Assembly (NCBI GenBank): GCA_051362555.1
Contig: CM120646.1
Coordinates: 12,400,001 to 12,464,000 of the forward strand
DNA from: Lingula anatina
Lineage: Eukaryota; Animalia; Brachiopoda
Length of the DNA: 64,000 bases
Direction of reading: 5' to 3'
This document shows positions 47,423 to 59,799 of the stretch, in pieces (positions within the stretch are counted from its first letter, which is position 1; each line of letters starts with the position of its first letter). The position numbers and the translations under genes were made by a program. The notes beneath the pieces were generated by a model. The model saw nothing but the letters and a program-made list of their open reading frames with translations, was not told where the DNA came from and searched no databases.

Positions 47423-49560
47423 ATGAGGATAATGAGGAAGTTTTCACTGACAACAGTGTTGTTGATTACGGCTGCAACTTTCGGAACGTCTTTATTCTGG
47501 TACCAGTTAAAACATAACCGTGGAGACCAGAAGTTAATCGACAAAGGGTATGTGCCGTTCACCATGACTTAGAAACATTGTTTTTTTCTATTTAGTAGTC
47601 TATATTCACACACATCCGATATGTTTCGTGTTTCCTTTCGGCCTTTTTTAATTGAAATTTGTTTTTTAATAAATATTTCTGCCAAAGAGGCTGTGCTTTT
47701 GTTGGTGTCGTTGTTATAAAGCTCACTTTTTATCTAAAAAAAGTTAAACAATACTGCAGTGTGGTTATATGCTAACTACAAAATTATTTTTGCTACTTAT
47801 TTTTATCGAGTAGAATGCATAGAAATGGATAAAAATGACTTTTTTTGTTTTAGTATGTGTGCCGACTTGCCCCAGGATCATTTCTCAGTTTAAAGATTTA
47901 GGCCAATTAATCTGTTTGGTTCTGTGTATCAGACCATATGTGTTTGTAGTATTATATGAGTCAAGGCATCAGTTTCATTTTTCAGTTTAATAGATTTATG
48001 GATGCATGCTGGGCATGTTGCTCGTTATGTATTTTAATGATTTAAAAATACATGTATTAAAAGAGTGGCTTGTAAAGAGAAGTTGTTATTCAATATAATT
48101 ATGCGTTTGTAACATCTAGATCTTCATTTTGTAATTATGGAGAAAAGAAAAATATAGCAGTTAGAACACTAAGAGGTTTTCGTAATAACTTACTTCTTAT
48201 GCCTTTTAATAGAATGATATTCTCTATACATGTGTAGATCAAGGACTTCCTAAAGTATATACTGTTACAATATTTCTTAAATGAATGAAGTGCTAGCATA
48301 GAGGCTTGTCTTGCAATAACGAACCGACTTCTAGTTCTAACAACTTTATATATCTTCACCCTGTCGTTTTAATATTTGGTAAAAATCCTTAAAATTCGTT
48401 TATGTCACAGCTTGTAGATCAACAACACCAAACAATGAATCACATAAGGCATTTAATTTAATTCTACAATAGCTAAAAGCTAAGATCTTTATTGAATAAA
48501 AAATTAATTTAAAGATTAAAAAGTGAATACACACCGTAACATTGTGTTTTGCAGTCAACTGGAAGGAGAAAGCTGGCGGTGGACAATTCCGGTTCTACAG
48601 TACCACAACTGGCGTGCGGTCCCGCTGTCGTGGATTGACAAAATGGTGGCAAAACGATCCAGGCTGCTACACGAGTGTCAGGCGATGGTGAACGAAACGC
48701 TATCTCGACAAACTCGGGCGTCCAGTAGAGAGGGTATTTTCAGTAATGAAAAACCCACGCCACCTTTTGCCCCGAGAGGATCTAAAATATTCCATACTTA
48801 TACTGATGACAACAATCGAATTATTTTCTGCGGGGTTCCAAAAGTTGGCATTATGAACTGGAGAGTTGTTTTTCATCGTTTAGCTGGGAAATATCTCAAT
48901 GCTAAAAATTTACCTGAAATAGTTAAAATATCAAAACAATTTGATCTGGAAATACAAAGATTACAGCGATGGGATAGCAGCGAGCACAAGAACTATCTGA
49001 AGGTACTATTAGTACGGCATCCCTTCGAAAGGCTTGTGTCGTTTTTCCGAATGATGACTGATTCGGAAACATTTGATGGCAAAGTGCCCAGCTACTGGAG
49101 GGAGATGAAAAACAACACACTTTCAAAGAATCCAACCCCAGTTAAGTTTGACGATAGAATACTAGGCGATGCCAATACAACAGTCAAATTTGACGATTTT
49201 ATACGTCACGTAATGGATGTGTACGACCCCGTATCAAAGTACCTAAAAGACGATCTTGGCCTATTTGATCACTGGATTGAGGTTTTTCAACTCTGTAATC
49301 CCTGTGAAATGAAATACGACATCATTGGGGAGTTTGACACCATGACAGAGGATGCAGCAAACGTCCTGAAATTAATTGGGACGAAAGTGCAATTTCCTAA
49401 CTCGAAATTCATCAACGGCGACGGCAAAGGATACAAACATGCTCGAGGCAATACGAAAGAACTGGCTAAGTACGTCTACCAAAGACTTCCGGAAACGTAC
49501 CGTGAAGTGTTGAATGATGTGTTTAAAGTAGATGCACGACTGTTTGGATACAGGCTTTAG
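47423..49560 (+). CDS. Golgi type II carbohydrate sulfotransferase, HNK-1ST/CHST8-14 (Sulfotransfer_2) family, ~376 aa
   Basis: Exons 47423-47547 (short basic N-terminus plus TM helix FSLTTVLLITAATFGTSLFWY) and 48555-49560, joined in phase 2. 5'-PSB-like FCGVPKVGIMNW, 3'-PB VRHPFERLVS, HW..VFQLCNPC..KYDIIGEFDT and terminal D.RLFGY. An upstream in-frame ATG at 47363 is an alternative start. Confidence 0.93.
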
Positions 49561-49903
49561 TGTTAACAATACCAGTGTATGTAAGTGATTATGATGGTTT
49601 TTCGAGAAAATACACGACGTGATAACTGCAAGTGTAGCGTCTTTGGGTAAACCGGGACGTCATATTTAGCCTACATCATACCAAGTGTTGTCAAAGACTA
49701 TACCAAAGACTTGCGGAAACGTAAAGGCAGTGTTGAATGCCGTGTTTAAAGTAGATGCAAGACTATTTGGATACAGTCTTTAGTGTTTATATTATATGTT
49801 GATATACTATAATGGTTTTTCGGGAAATAAGAGACACGATAGCTGCAAGTGTAGCGTCTCTGGATTAAACTAAGAATTCACATATATGTCATTGCCAAGT
49901 GTT
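49475..49903 (+). repeat. Diverged direct duplication (~225 bp) of the sulfotransferase C-terminal codons and proximal 3' UTR
   Basis: 'taccaaagacttccggaaacgt...gtgtttaaagtagatgcacgactgtttggatacaggctttagtgtt...ctgcaagtgtagcgtct' at ~49475-49690 is repeated with substitutions at ~49701-49903. Confidence 0.88.
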
Positions 49904-52283
49904 GTTTGCTACTGCAGTATACGTGCACAATCGGGTTATGTTTTATCTGTCTTTGCTTTTAAAGATTTTAAAATAAAAATTTCTTATATAATTAGGTAGT
50001 AATGAGTAAAAATGTCTATCACGTTTCTTTATACAGTGTGCACACTTTTCGGAAGACACTTGAAACAAATTATCTTCAAAACGTGTATAAAGTCGCCAAG
50101 AAAATGCGATACACCCGTTTTTTTACATACAAATTTTATGTTGCAGACGTTTACTGGTAACGACTTTTTCGTATTACTGCCAATCTGCGGGATAGGCCCA
50201 AGAATCTCAAATATGAAACTAAGTTAACCATTTAAGTATTACATGAAACTAAAAACTTTCATACACAAGATAAACTTTCATACGTAAGATGTTTTATAAT
50301 TTGCATTTATGATCCAACTACCAAGATAATGACCATTTTTGCCTACTTTTTTCTGAATAGTGAGTCCCATCTCCCCTTTTCACTGCTTCCTCTTTCCTCC
50401 TATCGTTTATTAAAATTTTGGCAATCAAATTGCAACTGTCGTATTTCCGCTGGAGTGATAAATCCGTTTCACATTAAGTTAACGTTACTACTTAAAAAGG
50501 TATGAAGGTGAATACTAATTTCACAACACGGGCGAAACTCCCACTTCCTCGATATTGCAAAAAAAAAAAAAAAAAAAAAAAATGTGTCGGCGTTTGCTGC
50601 TCTTTGATACTACGCCCTACATGCACTCTACATACACTGTTTTGCGTATACACTTCCGCGCATTTTATGTTCATCTCACATAGGCACAGATAGATGAGAA
50701 GTCCGTTCACACGTGGTCCAAATAAAACGAAAATCACTCTGAAATGCGTCATCCAAAAGGGCTTTTGAATTGTGAGAAGTTCAAATGTATCTGTTTCAGA
50801 CATAATAATAATATCTGTTTTTAAACAGACATCTACGCATACTGATCGTTCTTTATTAGTAAGATTAATTGTTATTTAAACCGACAAAGATATGTCTCAC
50901 CTGGTGAGTTTCAAATGGTGACTTTTTCAAAAGTGAATTAGATTTTGTCTGGAGACGCCAGTCAATCCATCCTAAACTCCTCCGCACTATGTTCTGTATT
51001 AATATCTTTACTACAGTGCACGTATTGTTTGGCGTGCAAAACAAGAAAAAAAGTCATAATGCGGGCGGATTTAAAGATGACGTTGAGGCGAACGCCTCGG
51101 CGGGGTAAAAACGTATATAGCGCTGCAAGCGCTAAGCTGTGGAATCAAATTCGGTGAAATTGCGAAATCGACGAAGCAAATTCCACAAGGGACGACTGCA
51201 GGCCAAAAGTAGAAGAGAAATAAGCTGAATCTCCCCTAAGGTCAAAATCGAACAACAAGGTAGGCTACTAATTTTGGTCAAATTGATAATTGGCTAAGGA
51301 GTCCTAGTGACTATATTTATATTAGTACTATACGCGTTTTGAAATGCCCTAAAATCTTGTTTTCATATATACATATCCAGCAAAGCTACTTATCTTTTCC
51401 AATTCATGCCTTGAGAACGAGAAAACCCAGCAAAGGAAAGTACTTAGAGTCCTTCTGAAATGTCAGAAAAATATGTTTGCCTGAACAAGTCATGATACGT
51501 TTAGAACTTAGTGTTTGAATTCATAGATAACATTGAATCCAACTGCAGGGATGGTTCGAGCAATGGTTTGTTGTTAGGGGGAAGTTGCTTTTTTTCTCGA
51601 GGAAAATAAAATTTTGAGCGACAATCCCGTATAAGATACTTGAATGTTTATAGGTGTTAACCACCAAATTTATTTACACAATATTCCTTCAAAATTTTGT
51701 CAAAAAATTAAAGCCAGATTAGAATTAAATCCTGGACACGATGCCTTTAAATTGAGATTGAATCTATACTCAATTAATTGGATAAGTTATTTTATAAGGT
51801 TAGGCTTATATAGTTATTTATCCTTTATATATGTGGTCCCAATGGGGTCTTACACAATCTCACAAAGGGGCAAATTTTTGGGACAAGTGCGACAACGAAT
51901 TTTCTAAGGATAGAGTATAACCCCATTCCCATACCCAGATCGACCTAGCAGGATCGAGCCATCTCCAAGGGGTTCCTCGTTAAATTGCACTGAGCTTAAG
52001 CGGCTCTCATACCTGGCACGCCTATACTGAAGATGTTATAGGGGGTAATAAACTAACATTTAGCAGCTTCAATAGGCGTGCCAGACATCTAAGCTGTGTG
52101 TAGCATTTTGGTATCTTTTTGTGTTAAGGTGACAAGTAAATTCTATTGTGCCGAAGCATTTATGTTCCTATTCATCGAATCTGGTAGCTGGACGAATTTT
52201 TTTGTTTTTGTTTTGTTTTTCATTTTTGGAAGGGGCGACATTCCTATGTCTAAGTTGGACATAGACGGACCCAATTTGACAAA

Positions 52284-52334
<51 letters not shown>

Positions 52335-52758
52335 AAAAATAAATAAATGACTCTCTCTTTGACTCCCAATCCTTGATACACGTCTGATTATGAATAAACT
52401 ATTTGTCCTCATTATTTTATAGAGATTCACTGTTAGTATTTGACGTTGAACTTGAAAAGTACATGTAGTATTAATATTTACACGCATTGCTTAGCAAGCG
52501 GAATTAAAAAAGGGACCCCTCCGTATATTTATGTCTATTTGAAATCTATGGATGTATGTAACCAACTGTTTTCATATGAAAGATATGCCAGCATCTGATT
52601 AAACCACTGACAAAATGCCAGGACCATGTAAAATGTACATCCATATGCTGGTATGCAATATGCGTCGATATTTGTTTGAAGTGAGTGAAACCTAACCGTG
52701 ACAGCGATTTTAAAAATTTACGAATGAGATTAAATAAAGGAGAACTGTAAAATATTCT

Positions 52759-52770
52759 TACACACACACA

Positions 52771-52825
<55 letters not shown>

Positions 52826-52828
52826 CAC

Positions 52829-52881
<53 letters not shown>
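52759..52881. repeat. Adjacent (CA)n and (TG)n tracts in inverted arrangement, followed by (GA)n
   Basis: (CA)n at ~52759-52824, a short spacer 'tcacaggg', then (TG)n at ~52833-52868. Confidence 0.9.
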
Positions 52882-52882
<1 letters not shown>

Positions 52883-53039
52883 GGGGGAGGGGCATGTGGC
52901 TCAGGAAGACACAACTAGTCAAGAATATGCACACACCGGACAATGGAAGTGTCACCCTCTGAATCAGAGTATAATCAAAGTTATTAACCTGAAGAGGCGG
53001 AATATAAGCAATGTCAGAAAATCGATACAGTTGAATTGT

Positions 53040-53223
53040 TCAGTCAGAACCGTTTCTTTTGTGGGTCAGCCCCTTCAATTTCTGGTCTCCTCTTGAAATT
53101 AGAATTTTGACTAGCTGAATCATAGTTCTAAAGCGTACAAAATGGCATCATTCGCCCTCTAAAATACCAAAAATTTTTTGAGGCCCGCTGAAGGACCCCG
53201 AACCCCACGCCAAGTGTGTGTGT

Positions 53224-53268
<45 letters not shown>

Positions 53269-53326
53269 GGGTCGGTTTCACTTCCGGGGACCCCCCCCCC
53301 TTCAATTAATCCTGGATCCGCCCCTG
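53040..53326 (-). mobile_element. MITE family A copy carrying internal (GT)n and poly-G
   Basis: Core 'ctcttgaaattagaattttgactagctgaatcatagttctaaagcgtacaaaatggca' and end GGATCCGCCCCTG. Confidence 0.7.
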
Positions 53327-53595
53327 ATAAGAGCAGAATTTTCTTAAAAGCTAGCGGTTCTTTAGAATCCAAAAGGCACTAGCCTTCCCACTCTAGATCT
53401 GTATCGTTCTTTTTATTTGAAAAAAAAAAAAAAAATGAAAGAGGTGAAGCCGACCTTCGAGAATGATCGGTTATAACACATAACTTGTTACAAAACTGTA
53501 TTCAGTATTGCAAGGGGAGTCTTCACAATATATATATTGATTATCTTTGCAATTCTGAACTGACATGACTGCATCTAAATTAGCAGGAATAAAGA

Positions 53596-54922
53596 ATGGG
53601 CGAATCTCTTGAAACCAACAAAACCAAGACAGGTCAGTTTTGGCGTGAATTGCAGCAAGGACTGAGTTTTTACGACATGCCGGAAACTGTGGACAGAACG
53701 GAGGTGAGTAGAAGAAATCGATGTTATAAAATTTGTCTATAAAATATTTTCTTACGTCAAATCCAATGTTACCTAGACGTGTATGAAAGCAATTTTAATT
53801 AAAAAGTTACTGTTTCTTAAGGATATCTACCTTTTTTACGACCTTGAGTTTGCAGTGAAGTGAATGGAATTCTTCTTTACTGCTAAAAAATTTAGTTCTG
53901 TGTAGAAACTTGTTTCCAATTTCAAATCATACAGAATCCGCGACCACATTCCACGATTGAAGAGATCACAATGGTGGTGGTGGGGAGACCATTCACCTGT
54001 TTGAACCTGTGTTTAGAGGGTGGAAAGCAGTGTCCTGGTGGTATGTTACTGGTACCCTCTTTAGCATGGCTTCAGAAAGAACCCTCCAACAGTTCCAATA
54101 CTCAAGGAGATCTGCAAACCTTACGAGTACACAAGGCTGTTACATTTGACTCTTGTGGTCGAACATTTTTGGACATTTTCAACCCACCTCGCCGTGTTAC
54201 TTACTTGATAAACCTTTCCACGGGTAATTCTAATTTTCTCTATATCTACATTGGTTAGATCTTCAATAAGACGTATTTATTTTGTTTATTTATTTATTTT
54301 TATTTATTTATTTGTTTACTTGTTTGTTTATTTATGAACGAATTAAGCTTAATTAATTAATTTATTCATTTGCTTCTTGTTTACAGATCATTTCAACATT
54401 TGTTTTCTGGTAATTTGACTCCACCGTGATTAACTAAACTAATTATTTTTTAATGAAATGACGATGATAATGATCAATTAATGTATGCGGACAGGTGATG
54501 ACAGGATAGATGCACAAAATGCTACCAAATTTTTGGAGGACTTAGAATGCCCGTTGGGAGTCACCGAGAAGTTAGTGAGTTGCTTGGATGATCGAATTCT
54601 CATGCGCATTCTCGTAGCGGACGCTGGCGTTGCATATCCCGACACGCTGGCATTTGTGTACAAACCTCAAGTTTCCTACAACCAAGGAAAACACAATATT
54701 TTTGTGGCCCCTCTTCAAAGTGATGACAGAAAAGAAACAGTCCATAAAGAGCTAGATGCGTTCTTGGCTTATTTGTTGAAGAAGGGAATTAGAAAGGTAT
54801 ATCTACTAGTGTGTAATTTGGTCTTTCTTCTAGTGGTGAGTGCTTTCGAGCGCGCAAATTTACTCTCAGTACTTTTGATTTGTATTTCTGTCTCTTTGTA
54901 ATTTCGCATGAGCAAAATGTGC

Positions 54923-54998
<76 letters not shown>

Positions 54999-57900
54999 GG
55001 GCGAATAAAATGCTTCTGTTGAATTTGAGGGAGATTGAGAGATATTTTACAAAAATAAATAAATAAATAAACAAATAAATGAATGAATAAATAAATTCGT
55101 TGAAGGTGGTCGTCAAAGCCCCTCGGTCCTCATCCCTAACTGTGTCCTACCACCCTGCCGGTGAGGTAGAAGACGTCTACAGTGCCGTGTATACAGCAAT
55201 GGATGTCCTTGAAGAGGGGGAGGGCATCATCGTGGAAGCATTTTGTGAGACCCTTAAGCCATTACCAGTCCCCCATCTTGACTACGAAGAACGCTCAGGT
55301 ATGTTTCTTTTGGAGGTTTAATGTTCACGTATATTCATTTAATCAATTTTCGCCCATGAATACTGGTCATATGATATTGTACAGGACACTCTGATAACGC
55401 TGATGAAGTTCATCTTCCTCAGGAAGTTATGTTCAGTTTACATTTGACCATCAAGCTGTTGTTTCGGCCTTCTGAGAAAATAAAGATGAAGACAAAGACG
55501 CTGTCATGACGAGCTCGAATAGCAAGTCTATCGTTACTCCTTCACGTTGTTGGATTTCAATGTATTGCCTGCTTAGATTAGTCGTGCAATACAAAATGTT
55601 ACAAGATATGCATCCTGTATTTTGTTTCATCGCATTCTTCATTTTCTCAGTTGGCATCATGACCAAGCCGCTGTCCAGCACAATTCGAGCTGTCGTCTGC
55701 TCCACTCCTGACGGGAATCAGCTGGTTTCAGATATCGTCTGCGGCGTTGGTCACGCAGACATGACACTCCACTGCGACAATACCTTTCCATTGTCACTTG
55801 AAAGCTTCCTAATTCAGTGGGGGTTAAATGGCAGATCCGAAATTGAAAAGGTGCGTCTGTAAAACAGCATAATGTATGCCCGGTCCCGTAGTTTTAATTC
55901 GTACCAAAATGATTCTTTATTTCTAAATATTTTTATTTTCTCAATAAAACAATATTGACCTCGAGTACAAAAGCTTACGTAGAATATTTGTTAACTTAGG
56001 GACGTTATAGAATTGCTTGATCTTTATTCAAATCTTATATGCTTAATCTTAATTTTCTAGTTATTGGCAGTAGCTTATATGTGTTATATATTTTCTGAAT
56101 AAATGCGATGCGCCATTTAAGTAAAATAATACCTTCTCTGATATCTGGCTTTGATATTTAGATACGTTCCATGATCAAAGAGAAGGCGAAAGCCATTTTG
56201 AAAACCTTGGAAAGGCTCGAGAGCAGTTTGAACAAGGAACAAGAAGTGACATTAAGGAGAACAGGCGTAATAGGTAAGCATGGGAATGGTTGACTTTCTT
56301 ATACCTTTTTTTAATGAATGACACCTCACTTAAAAAAACGCAATTTATAAATCCTAGAGGTATGGCTGACTTTTGCGGTATATTCCACATTATTTCAATA
56401 GGTATAAAATTGTAATTTTATAGGACATACGAAATTGAAATTCATAGAATGTATATTGCGTAAAAGATTTCTCCAATGATGAAATAGATGTACAGGTCTA
56501 ACTGTATAAAATGGTGTATCTGCCCTAATACAGTTTACACGCTTAAGTTCAATGGGGAAAAAGTTGAGTTTATTTGTAGAAAAAGTAAACTCAATAAGTT
56601 AGCTTATTTTCATACCGACCGCCTTAAATTTTTGGTAAATATTTGAACATGCAGTTATGATAGCGCTGTGTACTTCGTCTATTTCCAATACTTATGAAAG
56701 ACATGGAATTTTTGTAGGTATCAATTTTATTCTGACCCAGAACGAAGACGACAGTTATGACGCCGTGGCTGTAAGTATCAATAACAGCAGGAAAACCATC
56801 GCGAACACGCAGATCTACGAGTCTCAAGACCCCGCCAAGCTTGGAAGTAGCCTACGACCCCTAGTGGCAACCATGGTCAACCGTAGTCAGAGATTCCTTC
56901 TTCGAGGAAAGAAAATTCTTCTTCTAGGCGTGGGGGAAAACTATCTGTGGGAAGCTGCTTTGGAATACGATGCAAAAGTAAGTGTTGCTAAAAGGGTAAA
57001 AGTCGTTCACATATAAACCTATATTTAGCCTGCCTAAATCTTGCATTTTAATGTCGATAGATAAATAGGTGAGTTTAGTGTAAATGTGAAAATATGTGAG
57101 GAATGGTTTTTGACAATTTTGTGCTCCGTTGCCTTTCGTTTTTTTTTCTGTGATAATTTAGTATTAATTTTAACAATCAGTGTTTTATAGATAATATTAG
57201 TATTACAGTAATTTGTTTGACAAATGAAGTAGTTTTTGTATGCCTTTTTTTTTAGATAATTCTAGTTGACCCGGATCCTATCCAAAAAGAGGTTAAAGGC
57301 GTTTACAAGTTTATTCAATGTGATATAGGAGATCATAGCCATGATGATGAGAATGCAGAGAAGATTGTTCAAATAATACGTACACACGATTTAGCCATTG
57401 ACGGATGCATGACCGTGGTGGAAGATTACGTTCCATTGACGTCACTGGTGTGCAAGGCACTGTGCATGACCGGAAGTTCGCCTGAGGCTGCAAGAATATC
57501 CAAGAAGAAAAGCTTCACCCAAAGAGCTTTAGAAGAAGAAGGCTCTAGAAACAAAATGCCCTTTTTGCCCAACCCCTCTCTGTTTGCCGTTAAAACTCTT
57601 AAAATTAACCAGCCCGGGGATGTGACGGGCTCGTCAAATCTTATTCAATACCCCGCCCTTTTGAAGCCAGAGTACGGAACAGGTTCTTTTGGGACAACCT
57701 TAGTTAAGGACGAAAAAGATTGTATGAATTGCTTCGTAAGCACCCAGAATATCCTAAGGATGTCGGACGAAATATGTTTCGGGATGAATCACGGAAATGA
57801 AATGCACTTAGCTGAATATGCGCAAGGAACCAAACACGGAGTAGAGGTCGTCATGTTTAGAGGAAAAGTTTTAGCGGCATTTATCGCAGATAATGGCCCA

Positions 57901-58539
57901 ACCCACGTCCCACAGTTTTTTGAGACATCATCTTGCATGCCGTCATGTTTGCCCCCTGATAAGCAACGGCAGCTGATAACAGCAACGTCCCAATGCCTTG
58001 GCACGGTTGGCCACACTGTCGGTGTATTCAACGTGGAGTTCAAAATGACTCCTTCGGGTCCAAAATTGATCGAGATCAACGGACGAATAGGTGGGTGGTA
58101 TTACAGGAACTGGGTTCGGACCGTCTTCGAAACGGATCTTCTCTTCCTAAATTTCCTGATCGCGTGCGGAATTCAACCAAACGTCAAACCGTTGGAGCCA
58201 TCTTGCCAACTCATGGGGATTGTTTGCACCCCAAAAGACCACGCCAAGGCGCCGTCGCGGCCGGGTATGGCTACGCCAGAGATCCTTGCCGAGGCTCACG
58301 GGCGAGGGGAGATAATGTACTACGAAATTGAACCAACAATGGAGGGGAAGCTAGATTATGAGTCTGGGTGTTGTCAGATAGCTGTAAAGGGGAAATCTGT
58401 AAGCGAGGCGAAAAGAAGGCTTTTGGCTGTATGCAGAAAATACGGCGTCGACAACCCAGAGTCTCCGGTGAAGCATGTTCTTTCTACGTTCGTGGAGCCC
58501 CCTGCGTTTGTGCAAAAAGACTATAAGGAGCGCAAGTAG
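53596..58539 (+). CDS. CARNS1: Carnosine synthase 1-like ATP-grasp amino-acid ligase, 915 aa, 8 coding exons
   Basis: Exons 53596-53703, 53935-54223, 54495-54796, 55106-55298, 55651-55850, 56162-56273, 56718-56977 and 57256-58539 (2,748 nt, phases consistent). CARNS1-family hallmarks: LQ..L...MPETVDRT, LEGGKQCPG, VHKAVTFD..GRTFLD.FNPPRRVTY, LECP, TMVNRS, DNGPT..P.F.ET...MPS.L, GVFNVEFKMT..GPKLIEINGR.GG.Y. Homology is clear; orthology is not established. Confidence 0.9.
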
Positions 58540-59467
58540 TTTTCTGTTATTAAATGTGAAATTTATCCACGTAGCTGATCTTGGCATATTGAAGAGATAT
58601 TAGTAGTTCTAAGAATGCACTGAGTATCAATGACATTCAAGATAAAAATGTAATTACAATGCCTTGACTGAAAACTTGCTCACACATTGACTAAAACAAT
58701 TACTGAAGAAGAAATTTCCAATCGGCAAGATTAAGTTAATTAGTTGTATACATGTTGTATTGTTATTACATATAAAGTATATAAGTCTATCCAATAATCA
58801 AGAGTAGAGCGACATAAATCGTTAGTTATAGACAGATAATATTTTTGATGGTTTCAGGGCAACGTACATGGTATACAGGGGTATATTGCTGGGACGAAGG
58901 CCGTTTGCTTGTTAAATCACCAAGTTCCATCGAAATGTTTGGAAAGTTAAAAAGTACTTATATGTTGTAATTGTATGTAATCATCAATGCATAAAAAGTG
59001 GTTATGCGCAACTTATTTGGAAACGCTTAGCTTTAACTATTGGTTTTGAACAGATTCCGAGTAAAGTGATTATTGGATTACTATATATAGTCATAACACT
59101 TATTTTATGTTAAGTGGATTTTATTACTTTATTGCATTTCATGTTACTGTTTCGGTGTCAGTGAAATAACTCTGTATATTAAACATGGTCAACTATGTCA
59201 AGCCAAATAAACAAGTTTATGAATTAAACTTATAAAAAATAAAGGCTGAAGAACTTAATTTGTAGCTGTGGTTAAGAGTACCCTCTACCGACCGCGTATG
59301 TGAATTTTGTGCACTTTTCTAGAGGTGGGGGTGGTATAGGAGGCTTAGCAACCACGTTTTTCAAACATGTCAGTCACACGCGCCGGAGGCTACGAAACCC
59401 CACCCTCCTGACAGTGTTTTTTTAACCTTTAACCCCCCCCCCCAAACACACATACACTATACTCTTT

Positions 59468-59645
59468 GAGCGCATTCAGGACAGCGGGCCAACTTATCCG
59501 CGGATCAAATATGGCCGACCCACTGGAATTCTTGCTGGGTAATCCCCGCTGGGAATCTATTCAGTGTCTCATCGGGAATTGAGCTACAAGCTTTTAAGTC
59601 GGTGGCCATATTTGATCTGTTAGGCCGCTGTTCTAAATGCGCTCT
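59468..59645. mobile_element. MITE family C
   Basis: Inverted arms 'gagcgcattcaggacagcggg...gatcaaatatggcc' and 'ggccatatttgatctgttaggccgctgttctaaatgcgctc'. Related 'ggatcaaatatgg' segments occur at ~29885-29985 and, inverted, at ~2400-2500 in intron 2 of the Tyr-rich gene. Confidence 0.72.
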
Positions 59646-59756
59646 CTGACCACAAGGTCAGCCAGCAGTATGTTTCAAAATTATTCTATTCTCTTTTCAG
59701 TTTTATAGGCCCCTGTGATATCACAGGATACCCTCCTTTCCGCCACAAACACACGG

Positions 59757-59799
<43 letters not shown>

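Noticed and set aside
57789-58587. Antisense and alternative-frame ORFs overlapping the ATP-grasp last exon
   Set aside because: Shadow ORFs of a long coding exon, with no independent signals.
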